A stretch of DNA of 64,000 nucleotides, taken from positions 9,051-73,050 of the forward strand of contig DXCZ01000101.1 of the NCBI GenBank assembly GCA_019115765.1, written 5' to 3'. Within the stretch, counting starts at the first letter, position 1; each line of letters starts with the position of its first letter. Shown here in pieces: positions 8,749 to 20,837 of this stretch. The stretch comes from Candidatus Mediterraneibacter stercoripullorum (GTDB lineage: Bacteria; Bacillota; Clostridia; Lachnospirales; Lachnospiraceae). The position numbers and the translations under genes are program-made. The notes below the pieces were generated by a model, which was not told the DNA's origin, did not search any database, and saw nothing but the letters and a program-made list of their open reading frames with translations.

Positions 8749-10254
8749 GTGAGTTCAATCAGTTCAGATGAGATTATCTCGATCCTCAGGGAAGAGATAG
8801 AGAATTTTGATGAGATGAGCAGGGACAGTGAAGTCGGTACTGTCGTTGCAGTAGGCGACGGGATCGCCACAATCTACGGGATTGATCACGCCATGTACGG
8901 GGAAATCGTTACATTTGATACCGGACTGAAGGGAATGGTCCAGGATATCAGGAAGAACGAGATCGGATGTATTCTGTTCGGAAGCGATACGGAGATCCGT
9001 GAGGGTACAAAGGTTACCCGTACAGGAAAGAGAGCGGGCGTCCCGGTAGGAGATGCGTTCATAGGAAGAGTCGTGAACGCTCTCGGTGAACCTATTGACG
9101 GAAAAGGCGAGATCCCGTCAGATGATTATCGTCCGGTGGAGAATGAAGCGCCGGGAATCATTGACCGTAAATCAGTCAGCGTTCCCATGGAGACAGGTAT
9201 CCTGTCCATCGACGCTATGTTCCCGATCGGAAGAGGACAGCGTGAGCTGATCATCGGAGATCGTCAGACAGGAAAGACATCCATTGCCATGGATACGATC
9301 CTGAACCAGAAAGGAAAGGATGTCATCTGCATCTATGTTGCAATTGGACAGAAGGCGTCTACAGTGGCAAAAGTAGTGAATACACTGAAGACGCACGGAG
9401 CTATGGATTATACTATCGTAATGTCTTCAACAGCAAGTGACTGCGCACCACTTCAGTATATTGCTCCTTATGCAGGAACAGCTATGGCAGAATACTTTAT
9501 GTACAAGGGACAGGATGTGCTGATCATCTACGATGATCTGTCCAAACATGCGGTTGCATACCGTGCTCTCTCCCTTCTGCTGGGACGTTCTCCGGGACGT
9601 GAGGCTTATCCGGGAGACGTATTCTACCTTCACTCAAGACTTCTGGAGAGATCCAGCCGTCTGAGCGATGAGAAGGGCGGCGGTTCCATTACAGCACTGC
9701 CCATCATTGAGACCCAGGCCGGAGACGTTTCTGCGTATATTCCGACCAACGTGATCTCTATCACAGACGGACAGATCTTCCTGGAGAGCGGCCTGTTCGC
9801 ATCTGGTATGAGACCTGCGGTCAATGTCGGTCTTTCTGTATCTCGTGTCGGTGGCGCGGCACAGACGAAGGCTATGAAAAAGGCGGCGGGAAGTATCCGT
9901 ATCGATCTGGCGCAGTACCGTGAGATGGAAGTATTTACCCAGTTCAGTTCTGATCTGGATGCGGCTACTAAGGAACAGCTGGAATACGGAAGCGGCCTGA
10001 TGGAGCTTCTGAAACAGCCTCTCTACCATCCGCTGAGCCTGCATGAGAAGGTGATCACACTCTGCGCGGCGACTCACAAGGTGCTGCTGGGTGTAGAGAC
10101 ATCTCAGATCAAGCAGTTCCAGATGGATATGCTCCGCTACTTCGATTCTACATGCCCGGAGATCGGAAGAGAGATTGAGGAGAAGAAGGTGCTGACAGAC
10201 GAGCTGATCGAGAAGATCGTGGAGACAGCGAAGGAATTCAAGAAGAGCAGGTGA
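8749..10254 (+). CDS. atpA: F1 subunit alpha
   Basis: GDRQTGKT Walker A and [19 protein letters not shown]; GGAGGTG RBS before GTG 8749. Confidence 0.98.
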   Translation: MSSISSDEIISILREEIENFDEMSRDSEVGTVVAVGDGIATIYGIDHAMYGEIVTFDTGLKGMVQDIRKNEIGCILFGSDTEIREGTKVTRTGKRAGVPVGDAFIGRVVNALGEPIDGKGEIPSDDYRPVENEAPGIIDRKSVSVPMETGILSIDAMFPIGRGQRELIIGDRQTGKTSIAMDTILNQKGKDVICIYVAIGQKASTVAKVVNTLKTHGAMDYTIVMSSTASDCAPLQYIAPYAGTAMAEYFMYKGQDVLIIYDDLSKHAVAYRALSLLLGRSPGREAYPGDVFYLHSRLLERSSRLSDEKGGGSITALPIIETQAGDVSAYIPTNVISITDGQIFLESGLFASGMRPAVNVGLSVSRVGGAAQTKAMKKAAGSIRIDLAQYREMEVFTQFSSDLDAATKEQLEYGSGLMELLKQPLYHPLSLHEKVITLCAATHKVLLGVETSQIKQFQMDMLRYFDSTCPEIGREIEEKKVLTDELIEKIVETAKEFKKSR

Positions 10255-10258
10255 TAAT

Positions 10259-11146
10259 ATGGCAAATATCAGAGAGATACAGGGCCGGATCAACAGCGTG
10301 AAGGACACGATGAAGATCACGAATGCAATGTATATGATCTCTTCTTCCAAGCTGACTCAGGCCCGGAAAAAGCTGGCTGATACAGAGCCCTATTTCTACG
10401 CACTGCAAGGGGAGATATCCAGGATCCTCCGCCACGTGCCGGAGCTGAGACATCATTTCTTCGATCAGAGGGATAAGATCCCGGCAGAAGAGAGGAAGAT
10501 CGGCTCGATCGTCATTACGGCGGATAAAGGTCTGGCAGGTGCCTACAACCACAATATTGTGAAGCTGGAAGAAGAGATCCTGGCAAAGCCCGGCATCCAT
10601 AGACTGTTTGTGGTAGGCGAGCTGGGAAGACACTATTTTGCAAAGCGGAATGTGGAGATCGATACTAACTTTAAATATACCGTACAGAAGCCGACACTGC
10701 ACCGGGCACGTGATATATCAGCGACTCTTCTGGATCAGTTTGAGTCCGGAGAGTTGGACGAGATATATATCGTATATACCAGAATGGAGAATTCTGTCCA
10801 GGCTGAGGCGGAAGTGGTGAAGCTCCTGCCTCTGGAGAGAAGTACCTTTGGTGAGATCAAGATGCCCATCAACATGTACCGGGAGGAAATCGAGCTGTAT
10901 CCATCCGCAGACGCCGTCATGGACAGTATCGTGCCAAATTATATTACAGGTATGATATACTGCTGCCTGGTTGAGTCATATGCCAGCGAGCATAACGCCC
11001 GTATGATGGCAATGAAATCCGCAACAGACAGTGCGGAAGAGCTGATCCATGACCTGTCTATCGTCTATAACCGGGCGAGACAGGCAGCCATCACACAGGA
11101 GATTACCGAGGTGTGCGGCGGCGCGAGGGCGCAGCAGAAGAAGTAG
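10259..11146 (+). CDS. atpG: F1 subunit gamma
   Basis: KITNAM, DKGLAGAYN and ARQAAITQEITE motifs. Confidence 0.97.
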   Translation: MANIREIQGRINSVKDTMKITNAMYMISSSKLTQARKKLADTEPYFYALQGEISRILRHVPELRHHFFDQRDKIPAEERKIGSIVITADKGLAGAYNHNIVKLEEEILAKPGIHRLFVVGELGRHYFAKRNVEIDTNFKYTVQKPTLHRARDISATLLDQFESGELDEIYIVYTRMENSVQAEAEVVKLLPLERSTFGEIKMPINMYREEIELYPSADAVMDSIVPNYITGMIYCCLVESYASEHNARMMAMKSATDSAEELIHDLSIVYNRARQAAITQEITEVCGGARAQQKK

Positions 11147-11160
11147 TCAGAAGATTCTGA

Positions 11161-12645
<1,485 letters not shown>

Positions 12646-12659
12646 TAGGAGTTGATGAG

Positions 12660-13076
12660 ATGGAGACGTTTGGTCTGAAAATCATTGCAAGTGATAAGGT
12701 CTTTTATGAAGGCCGGTGCAGAAATCTGGTCATCCCAGCCCCGGACGGAGAAAAAGGAATCCTGCCGAATCATGAAAATATGGTCATAGCTATTGCGGTA
12801 GGGATTGCCCGTATGGAAGTGGAAGAAGGAAAATGGACTGAGGTTGCGGTGGGGACTGGCTTTGCCGAGATCGTCAACAACCGTGTCACTCTTCTGGTCG
12901 ACACAGCGGAACGGCCGGAGGATATCGACGTCCGCCGGGCGGAAGAGCAGCGGGAGCGCGCGGAGGAACAGATGCGACAGAAACAGAGCATTCAGGAGTA
13001 TTATCATACCCGGGCTTCTCTGGCAAGGGCCATGAACCGTCTGCGCCTTGCACAGGACAAGAAGTGGAATATATAG
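12660..13076 (+). CDS. atpC: F1 subunit epsilon
   Basis: GEKGILPNH and GFAEI motifs; last gene of the operon. Confidence 0.95.
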   Translation: METFGLKIIASDKVFYEGRCRNLVIPAPDGEKGILPNHENMVIAIAVGIARMEVEEGKWTEVAVGTGFAEIVNNRVTLLVDTAERPEDIDVRRAEEQRERAEEQMRQKQSIQEYYHTRASLARAMNRLRLAQDKKWNI

Positions 13077-13104
13077 AAGGCTGGCCGGGCAATGCCCGGC
13101 ATAT

Positions 13105-13139
13105 GAAGACCCCGCCGGTCTGACCGGACGGGGTTTTTC
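13105..13139 (+). terminator. Intrinsic terminator of the atp operon
   Basis: gaagaccccg.ccggtc-t-gaccgg.cggggttttt hairpin followed by T-tract. Confidence 0.7.
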
Positions 13140-13255
13140 CCTTGCAATTTAATGCTGAGTATACTACAATGTTTATGTCTGAATTTTGTGCATGGCACGG
13201 TCGGTCCGCGCTTTCGCCGGTTCGGCAGAGAGAAATCCTACAGGGAGAGAGTTTC

Positions 13256-14875
13256 ATGAGTGAAAGTTTTACGCCGCGTTCTCTGACTGATACGATTAAC
13301 GGTATCCTGAGTACTGTCCGGGATTATTATGATTCAGAGTACGTTTATTATATTGAAAAAGAACAGGATGATATCGAGACCGTATATGAGTGGTGTGCAG
13401 AAAATGTACCCTGGCAGCGTGACCGTATCAAGCTCCTGGGCAGTGACCAGCAGCCGAAGTGGATGCGTCAGGAGATCACAGACACGACGGCAGACAGTTA
13501 CAGTGTATTTTATCGGCTTACAGATGATACGACAGCTGTGCTTGCCGCAGTGGGCGTACATCGCGGGGGGTGTGATCTTGCTCTTCTCCGCGCGCTTGTA
13601 CCGTATATTCCACAGGCGATCATCCTGCAGAAAATGCAGAAGCAGCAGGAGTACCTGAGTTATCATGATGATCTGACCGGACTTCTGAACCGGAACAGTT
13701 TTGTGGATTACACGGGTAATGTAAATACAGAAGAACTGCAGTCTCTGGGAGCTCTGTCAGTTGACATTAACGGTCTGAAAAACTTTAATAAAGAATTCGG
13801 CCGTGCATATGGAGATGAAGTTGTGACCCGGGTGGGTGAGGTTCTGGGAGAATTTTTCCACAGCGGTTCCGTGTACAGGATGACAGGAGATGAGTATCTG
13901 GTCCTTTCGGAGAATACTACGTATGAAGAGTTTACGAAGCAGGTCTATGCAGCGCATACGAAGCTTGATAATATCAGTCTGGGTCTTGTATCCATGGGAT
14001 ATGCCTGGGAGAAGCTTGATATCCAGGTGGAGAAGCTTGTGGGCAGCGCTGAGGACATGATGCGGGAGGAGAAGAAAAAGTATTATAAGAATCTCCGGAA
14101 GGGTCATCATGAGCCGATCATCAAACAAGACCTGCTCAATGATCTGGAAGAAGGAAACTTTATCGTCTGTCTCGTGCCGAAGATTGATGTGAGGACAGGA
14201 AAGGTATCCGGAGCGGAGGCGGTCGTGCGCTACCACCATAAGGATATCGGAATTGTCAATCCGGGCAGGTACCTGAACCTGCTGGAGGAGACCAGATTGT
14301 CCCATTACCTGGATCTGTATGTCTTTGAAGAGGTCTGCAGGACGCTTCACCGCTGGGAAGTAGAGGATATGCCGATGATACCTGTGTCGGTGAATTTTGC
14401 AGGAGCGACGCTCCGGCATGAAGGAATAGTGGACAAGATGCTTTTCCTTATCGAAAAATATCATGTATTCTGCGAGTATCTGGAAGTGGAAGTATCTGAG
14501 TCGGGTTCGGATATGAACCAGGAGATGCTGGCAGAGACAAGCAGCAAGATCCGGAAAGGAAATGTCCGGGTGATCCTGGATCATTTCGGAGCGAAGGATT
14601 CCAGCTTTTCCATTCTTTCGCTGATGGAATTCGACGGACTGAAGCTTGATAAGAGCCTGACCAGTAATATTGTGGCAAATACAAGAAGCCAGATCGTGGC
14701 GAAGGCCGTGATCGATATCTGTCGCCAGCTTGGCGCGTATGTGATCGCCTCCGGCGTGGAGACCCAGGATCAGCTCAATGTGCTGGAGGAACTGGGATGT
14801 GATTTCGCTCAGGGCGCATTGTTTAACAAGCCGATCACGATTGAGACATTTGAGGTGCGTTATTTAAAGGAATAG
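13256..14875 (+). CDS. GGDEF-EAL domain protein with degenerate signature motifs
   Basis: DDLTGLLNR, TGDEY (for GGDEF), EAVVR (for EAL), LDHFG, KLDKS and GVET; promoter TTGCAA-17-TACAAT at 13142-13170. Confidence 0.88.
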   Translation: MSESFTPRSLTDTINGILSTVRDYYDSEYVYYIEKEQDDIETVYEWCAENVPWQRDRIKLLGSDQQPKWMRQEITDTTADSYSVFYRLTDDTTAVLAAVGVHRGGCDLALLRALVPYIPQAIILQKMQKQQEYLSYHDDLTGLLNRNSFVDYTGNVNTEELQSLGALSVDINGLKNFNKEFGRAYGDEVVTRVGEVLGEFFHSGSVYRMTGDEYLVLSENTTYEEFTKQVYAAHTKLDNISLGLVSMGYAWEKLDIQVEKLVGSAEDMMREEKKKYYKNLRKGHHEPIIKQDLLNDLEEGNFIVCLVPKIDVRTGKVSGAEAVVRYHHKDIGIVNPGRYLNLLEETRLSHYLDLYVFEEVCRTLHRWEVEDMPMIPVSVNFAGATLRHEGIVDKMLFLIEKYHVFCEYLEVEVSESGSDMNQEMLAETSSKIRKGNVRVILDHFGAKDSSFSILSLMEFDGLKLDKSLTSNIVANTRSQIVAKAVIDICRQLGAYVIASGVETQDQLNVLEELGCDFAQGALFNKPITIETFEVRYLKE

Positions 14876-14892
14876 GTAAGAAGGACAGCAGC

Positions 14893-15567
14893 ATGGTCAG
14901 AGCATGGATCGCAGATGTAAAGCCTCTTCTGGAGGAGACATGTTATAGAGAATACTATGAGGGGGTCCCGCAGTTTCGGAAGGACAAAGCGGACGCTCTC
15001 CGGAATATGAAGACGAAGGCTCAGAGCATTGGAGCATGGAGTCTGTGGGAAAAGATTCGGGCGGAGTATTGTCTGCCTGAATCTTCTTTATTTAATATTT
15101 CTCATTCGGACACATATGTAATGTGTGCTGTGCACTTTGATCTGAAAAACAGTGAAGAAACACAGAAGACACAGCAGGAGTGCGCTCATCAGTTGGGATG
15201 TGATCTGGAACAGATCAGTGACCTCAGGCTGAACATAGCGAAAAGGTTTTTCTGTGAAGAGGAATATGAGACGATTCTGTCCGGGGAGAATGAAAGAGAA
15301 CAGACAGAACGGTTTTACCGCTACTGGGTACTGAAAGAGAGCTTTATGAAGGCTACACGAGAGGGGATGGCACTGCCGCTGGATTCTTTCTGCATTAAGC
15401 TGGGGAATAAGCCTGGAGATCCGTCTGTGCTGATCAGACAGCCGGAAAAATATCCTTTGTCATATTATTACAGAGAATATTTTGTTGAAGGAATTCCATG
15501 CAGGATGGCAGTGTGTTCAACAGACAGAGAAATTGATTCAGAGATACATATGGAGCTGAGTTTATGA
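14893..15567 (+). CDS. Sfp-type 4'-phosphopantetheinyl transferase
   Basis: FNISHS, LGCDLE and FYRYWVLKESFMKA motifs. Confidence 0.88.
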   Translation: MVRAWIADVKPLLEETCYREYYEGVPQFRKDKADALRNMKTKAQSIGAWSLWEKIRAEYCLPESSLFNISHSDTYVMCAVHFDLKNSEETQKTQQECAHQLGCDLEQISDLRLNIAKRFFCEEEYETILSGENEREQTERFYRYWVLKESFMKATREGMALPLDSFCIKLGNKPGDPSVLIRQPEKYPLSYYYREYFVEGIPCRMAVCSTDREIDSEIHMELSL

Positions 15568-16583
15568 ACCGTACGGATGATATCCTTACATTTATGAAAA
15601 AATTTTTATACAAGATTCAGGAATTGCTGATACATACTGGAAAGCAGATATGGATGATCCCGATTCGGATGGGACACTTTCTGCGGAAACTTGGGTTAAA
15701 AAAGAATAAAAGAGAAATAATAAAAAAGCAGGAGAAACAATTCAGTGAACATACCTCCGGATCTGCACGGGGAAAAGGAGCGCTTGTCAAAGGACTCGGA
15801 GCAGGGATCCTGGCCGGGGTGATGGTGACTGTGGTGATATCTGCGGCGATATTTCATTCTTATGCGGAAAATGCCGCTGCTCGTGAATCAGAGCTGGAGT
15901 CTCAGATAGCCGGACTGGAGTCGGAGAATAAATCCCTTGAGAACAGAAACGAGCTTCTGCAGCTGGAAGGGGATAAAGCGGAAATCGCGAAGAAAAATGC
16001 CGAAATTCTATCAAGTGATGAAGAGGGATGGTCGCTTGTCCTCGTAAATGAGGAACACCCGCTGGCAACGGATTATGAACCGGCACGGCTTACTGCTATT
16101 GATTCAGAGCGGTCTGTGGATTCGAGGATCGCGGCTGATCTCCAGAAGATGATGGAAGATGGTGCTGCACAGGGACTTGACATGTATGTTACCTCAGCCT
16201 ATCGTTCTTATGAGCGGCAGAGGGAAGTGTTCAGCGCGGGTATGCAGGAAAGGCTGAACAGAGGACTGGCACCGCTGGAGGCATATGAAGACACAAGTAC
16301 CTCGATCGCATTCCCCGGGACCAGTGAGCACGCCACCGGACTGGCAGTTGACATTATAGCAAACGGCTATTCGGAACTGGACGAGAAACAGGCGTCCACG
16401 CCGGAGCAGCAATGGCTCATGGCCCACTGCTGGGAGTATGGCTTTATCCTCCGCTACCCTCAGGATACCGGAGACATAACCGGTATCATCTACGAACCGT
16501 GGCATTATCGATATGTAGGTAAGGAAGCGGCAAAAGAGATTACAGAGCAGGGAATCACCCTGGAAGAATATCTGGGCGAATAA
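15564..16583 (+). CDS. M15B (VanY-like) membrane-anchored D,D/L,D-carboxypeptidase
   Basis: SAYRS, SEHATGLAVD and YEPWHYRY motifs; TM segment plus coiled coil. Confidence 0.9.
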   Translation: MNRTDDILTFMKKFLYKIQELLIHTGKQIWMIPIRMGHFLRKLGLKKNKREIIKKQEKQFSEHTSGSARGKGALVKGLGAGILAGVMVTVVISAAIFHSYAENAAARESELESQIAGLESENKSLENRNELLQLEGDKAEIAKKNAEILSSDEEGWSLVLVNEEHPLATDYEPARLTAIDSERSVDSRIAADLQKMMEDGAAQGLDMYVTSAYRSYERQREVFSAGMQERLNRGLAPLEAYEDTSTSIAFPGTSEHATGLAVDIIANGYSELDEKQASTPEQQWLMAHCWEYGFILRYPQDTGDITGIIYEPWHYRYVGKEAAKEITEQGITLEEYLGE

Positions 16584-16732
16584 AGGGGAGACCGATTTTT
16601 GTCCACTTTTTTATTGACTGAAATTTAGTGATTTGCTAGAATGAAAAGAGGGAAAAATACAGATATATTAAGAAATTATTATGTTTCTATAGAACTATCT
16701 GGGAGTATGGATTTTACATAAGGAGGAAAGTC

Positions 16733-17902
16733 ATGGAAGATTTGACATTTGGTGAACAGGTGAAGATTATCCTTGGAAGAAAAGGGATGACGATCAAGCA
16801 GCTTGCGGAGCAGATCGAGGAGAAGACCGGGAAGAAGATGTCCCGGCAGAATCTGACTCAGAGACTAGGGAGGGATAATTTTCAGGAACAGGATATGCGG
16901 ATGATCGCTTCTATTCTTGAGTGCCCGTTTTATCTCAGCATTATGAACGGTGAGGCGCAGTACCGGAACACTGTGAAGGCAGAGAGACCGGCGGCTGAAT
17001 ATGCAGAGCTGGAGAAGGCAGCCGATGCCGTAATGCCAGAAGAAACCGTTATGCCGGAAGGGGAGGCGGAGTCAGAAGCAATCACGGAGTTCGAAGAGAG
17101 AAAAGAGACGGAAGTATCCGCTGAGTCTGAAGCGGCAGAAGAGACGGAAGTATCTGCTGAGTCTGAAGCAGCAGAAGAAGCGGAGACGAATGCGGAGACG
17201 AATGCGGAGACGAATAGCGAACCCGAAGAGTATAGCGCGAGTGAAGAGCAGGCAGCAGATGAGGGGTATGCAGCGTTCGAAGGGCAGGAAAGCTCCTATA
17301 CGGCAGCGGCAGATGTTCAGCCGTCTGAGGAGCCGGACGAAGTGGATATGACGATCGGCGAGCTGTACGATATTCATCAGGAACTTTCCGAACTGGAAGA
17401 GAATGCCAGGGCCGGAGAGCCGGTAGAGGCGATTAAGGAAGAATTGGAAAAACCGAAAAAGGAGAGATTCAGCTTCTTTCGGAGAAAGCGTTCGGAACCT
17501 GTTCGGGAGAAAGAAGAGGTGAAGCGTAAGCCGGTCTTCGAACAGAGCGCTTATGAGCAGACTTCGGATGAACCGGAATTGAAGGATGAAGCGCCGGCCA
17601 GACAGACACAGGCATCAGAGCAGGTACAAGGAGCCGGCCGCCGGGAAGAAGAGTTTGAGCCTGTTATTTCCCGTGACGACTCAGATGAGGATGTGACGGT
17701 GGGGGATGTGAATCCATACACCGGCAGAGAGTATCAGTCCAACAGTGTTCGGATGCATCCTACGAGGATCGGATATGTACAGGTATATGACCGCAATATC
17801 CACAAATGGACAGATATGACAGAGTGGGCGTTTCTGGGATATCAGGAGCGAAAGAAGGCTCTTCTTGGAAAGGCTTATGAACCGCCGATCTATCTTGACT
17901 GA
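16733..17902 (+). CDS. Cro/XRE-like HTH protein with a long acidic linker and a C-terminal domain of unknown function
   Basis: N-terminal MTIKQLAE..MSRQNLTQRL; E/A-rich middle; promoter TTGACT-17-TAGAAT at 16614-16642; AGGAGG RBS. Confidence 0.75.
   Translation: MEDLTFGEQVKIILGRKGMTIKQLAEQIEEKTGKKMSRQNLTQRLGRDNFQEQDMRMIASILECPFYLSIMNGEAQYRNTVKAERPAAEYAELEKAADAVMPEETVMPEGEAESEAITEFEERKETEVSAESEAAEETEVSAESEAAEEAETNAETNAETNSEPEEYSASEEQAADEGYAAFEGQESSYTAAADVQPSEEPDEVDMTIGELYDIHQELSELEENARAGEPVEAIKEELEKPKKERFSFFRRKRSEPVREKEEVKRKPVFEQSAYEQTSDEPELKDEAPARQTQASEQVQGAGRREEEFEPVISRDDSDEDVTVGDVNPYTGREYQSNSVRMHPTRIGYVQVYDRNIHKWTDMTEWAFLGYQERKKALLGKAYEPPIYLD
17103..17216 (+). repeat. In-frame tandem repeats (36 bp x2 and 12 bp x3) inside the HTH gene
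   Basis: ETEVSAESEAAE twice; gcggagacgaat (AETN) three times. Confidence 0.8.
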
Positions 17903-17984
17903 TGGTCCGGAAAGGACGTCGGTTTTGCATGTGCCCCGCAGATCAAACTGCGGGGCACAGCTGTACCTGCTGAAATATACCTGC

Positions 17985-18048
17985 AGATATATTATGTCAG
18001 CTAAAGCTGACCCGAATCCCGCGCCAAGACTCGCAAGCGAGTCTTGAA
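17985..18048. repeat. Element A, copy 2 (5'-truncated; 3' 64 nt only)
   Basis: tattatgtcagctaaagctgacccgaatcccgcgccaagactcgcaagcgagtcttgaa is identical to the end of copy 1. Confidence 0.85.
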
Positions 18049-18101
18049 TCTGCTGTCCGCGGCGGAGATACGGATACTGGCGGAAAAAGGAGGAGTTTCA
18101 A

Positions 18102-19517
18102 TTGGAGTGGAAGACATTATTGTCCCCGACGCGCGAACGGGAGTATACCGGAAGACGTAAGTCGGCAGATCTTAGAAGCGAGTTTGAAAAAGATTATCAC
18201 AGGATCATCGGCAGCGCGTCATTTCGCCGGCTGCAGGACAAGACGCAGGTTTTCCCGTTGGACAAAAGTGACTTTATAAGAACCAGACTTACCCATTCGC
18301 TGGAAGTATCATCTCTTGGAAAATCCCTCGGCCAGAATGTAGGAGAGAATATTATCAAGTATAAGAAAGATCCACAGTTTACTATGCAGATGAAATCCGA
18401 TATTTCCCATATCCTGGAGTGTGCGGGGCTGATCCATGACATCGGAAATCCGCCCTTTGGACATTTTGGAGAAAATGCGATCCGGGAGTGGTTTGCAAAG
18501 AACCTGCCAGGGCTTACTTTCCGAGAGAAAAGAGTGGTGGATATGCTGACAGATCAGATGCAGGAGGATTTCTTTCACTTTGAAGGAAATGCCCAGGCGC
18601 TTCGGCTTGTTACGAAACTGCACTATCTTGTGGATGAATATGGGATGAATCTGACCTATGCGCTTCTCAATACGATCATAAAATATCCGGTTCCATCCAC
18701 TCAGATCAATCCGGAAAGCGGAGATATCAGAGAGAAGAAAATGGGATACTATTATGCAGATGAAAGCATTTTCCGAAAGGTGACAGAGGCAACGGGAACA
18801 GGAAATCGCAGGCATCCTCTGACATTTCTGCTGGAGGCGGCGGATGACCTTGCCTACAAGACGGCAGATATCGAAGATGCATTTGTAAAAGGCTTTCTTA
18901 CATACTATACTCTTGAGAAAGAACTGGCTCCTCTTGAGAAAAACTGTCCGGAGATGTCCTTCAAACCACTGGAAAAGCTGCACAGGCTGCATGAGAGAGG
19001 AAAGGAAAAAGGAGTAACAAGTCCGGAATCCTATGCTGTAAAAAACTGGATCGTCAGTGCACAGGGATTTCTGATCGGATGTGCTACGTCAGGTTTTACC
19101 ACCAATTATGAAGCTATTATGTCTGGAATGTGGAAAAAAGACATTTTCGCGGGGACAGAAGGGGAGCAACTGATGGATCTGCTTGGTGATATCGCGTACA
19201 GATATGTATTTTCCTCCAGAGAAATATACAAGATGGAAGTTACAGAATCTGCGATCCTGGATTTCCTGATGAACCGGCTTGTACATGCAGTGCTGTACTA
19301 TGATACAAGCGAGGCGGAGGAAAGAATGGACTCTATGGATATCCGGGTGATCTCTTTCATTTCAGACAATTATAAGAATGCATACCGCCTGCATGCAGCG
19401 GGCAGGGAAGAGGAGGAGAAACTGTATCTCCGCCTCCTTCTCGTGACCGATTATGTGTGCGGAATGACAGACAGCTATGCCAAGCGTCTGTATCAGGAAA
19501 TGAACGGGATCATTTAG
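18102..19517 (+). CDS. dgt: dGTP triphosphohydrolase (HD domain)
   Basis: FRRLQDKTQVF, RTRLTHSLEV, HDIGNPPFGH, EAADD and DYVCGMTD motifs; TTG start with AGGAGG RBS. Confidence 0.93.
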   Translation: MEWKTLLSPTREREYTGRRKSADLRSEFEKDYHRIIGSASFRRLQDKTQVFPLDKSDFIRTRLTHSLEVSSLGKSLGQNVGENIIKYKKDPQFTMQMKSDISHILECAGLIHDIGNPPFGHFGENAIREWFAKNLPGLTFREKRVVDMLTDQMQEDFFHFEGNAQALRLVTKLHYLVDEYGMNLTYALLNTIIKYPVPSTQINPESGDIREKKMGYYYADESIFRKVTEATGTGNRRHPLTFLLEAADDLAYKTADIEDAFVKGFLTYYTLEKELAPLEKNCPEMSFKPLEKLHRLHERGKEKGVTSPESYAVKNWIVSAQGFLIGCATSGFTTNYEAIMSGMWKKDIFAGTEGEQLMDLLGDIAYRYVFSSREIYKMEVTESAILDFLMNRLVHAVLYYDTSEAEERMDSMDIRVISFISDNYKNAYRLHAAGREEEEKLYLRLLLVTDYVCGMTDSYAKRLYQEMNGII

Positions 19518-20670
19518 GAGTATGCGGCAGACTGTCATCAGTTCCGGATTCGCGCTGGCTGATATAACGGCACCAGTGTCCGAAGTCTGCACTGTCGTTT
19601 CGCTCATCCTCTGACAGATCCAACAGGGGGGCGTATTCTCGTGTAAACTGCGGAAATCCGAAGAGATCGGCGGCTCTGGCTTCACGGGGATCGTAGATGC
19701 CTGGAACTCCCAGCCACAGATGTCCTTTCTCTTCTACAAGGAGAAGGTGGCCGTAGTTGTGATAGCCGTGGAGCAGAAAACTGTTGTTTGCCAGGAACCA
19801 GTATTTCCGGGGCAGGAGAGAGATGTCCCGTCGGGTGATCTTTCTGGCGGATGGGGAAGAAGCAGAATGGGCGCCGTGGGAAGATCGGTCCTGTTGGGCT
19901 GCGCATGTCTCCTCCTCTGTGGAAATTGGATGTTCCGATAGCTCTGCGTTTTCCGTTTCATTTGCGCTGGTATCTGTAGTGACGGAATCGTCAGAGGAAA
20001 TGTTTGCCTCTGGAGAGGGTTCGTTATCAGAGGGCAGGGTGTCATCCGGTGTAGTTTCACTGTCGGTAAAAGTAGTATCGTCCGCAGCTGCGTTATCAGG
20101 AGAGAGCATATCGCTGTCTGGGTTATCATTGGAAAGCGAAGTGTTATCCTCTTCAGTTTCATTATCGGGAATGTCAGTTCTCTCCCCGGCAATGTCCGGT
20201 TCCGAATCGGAAGAGAAGTCCGGCTTCACTTCGTTTACATCGGAGACAGAGGGCTCCGATGTATCAGGTGCTGCGGCTTCTACCGGCGGCTGTAATTTTG
20301 AAAGATCCACATCGAAAAATGTATTTGATGCCATCCAGAAAACGGGCATCCCATTTGCCGGAAAACGGAGCAGAAATCCGTCAATCTGCTGTAGACTGCG
20401 GCCCTCCGGAAAATGAGACTCGGTCACCGGAAGCCGGATAGATATCATGTGTGCAAAGCAGGTCAGAGACGCGATCTGGTTTGCGATCATCCGGCCGTCG
20501 TCCAGATAAAAAGCGTAAAGTTCCAGCGCAGCACCATTTCCGGCACGGATTCCTCTGGCGTGGATCTGAAGGACACAGGACTGATAATGACGGGCGATTT
20601 TCAGGAAACCTACATTGCGTTTCCTCTGATTATTTTCATATTCATATAAATAGCAGATGCCAGGATTCAT
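19510..20670 (-). CDS. DUF6128-like protein with an acidic low-complexity linker
   Basis: N-terminal YLYEY..KRNVGFLK; C-terminal LANNSFLLHGYHNYGHL..LGVPG. Confidence 0.7.
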   Translation of the reverse strand: MNPGICYLYEYENNQRKRNVGFLKIARHYQSCVLQIHARGIRAGNGAALELYAFYLDDGRMIANQIASLTCFAHMISIRLPVTESHFPEGRSLQQIDGFLLRFPANGMPVFWMASNTFFDVDLSKLQPPVEAAAPDTSEPSVSDVNEVKPDFSSDSEPDIAGERTDIPDNETEEDNTSLSNDNPDSDMLSPDNAAADDTTFTDSETTPDDTLPSDNEPSPEANISSDDSVTTDTSANETENAELSEHPISTEEETCAAQQDRSSHGAHSASSPSARKITRRDISLLPRKYWFLANNSFLLHGYHNYGHLLLVEEKGHLWLGVPGIYDPREARAADLFGFPQFTREYAPLLDLSEDERNDSADFGHWCRYISQRESGTDDSLPHTPK

Positions 20671-20837
20671 AGATTACCTCTGGTCTTGTCTTTTTCATGT
20701 CTATTTTATTCGTTAAAGGAGAGAAAAAGAACCGGATTTGTAAAGCATGGTCCGGCAGGTGGAAGGCAAAGGGGAAAATGGGCAATGGACCCGTGGATAT
20801 TATTGACTAAAAGCCGGAAGGGCAGGAAAGAAATGTT

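Noticed and set aside
18102-19517. dGTPase as an anti-phage defence gene
   Set aside because: It looks like an ordinary Dgt in a housekeeping neighbourhood, with no defence-island or mobile context; cannot be excluded without a phylogeny.
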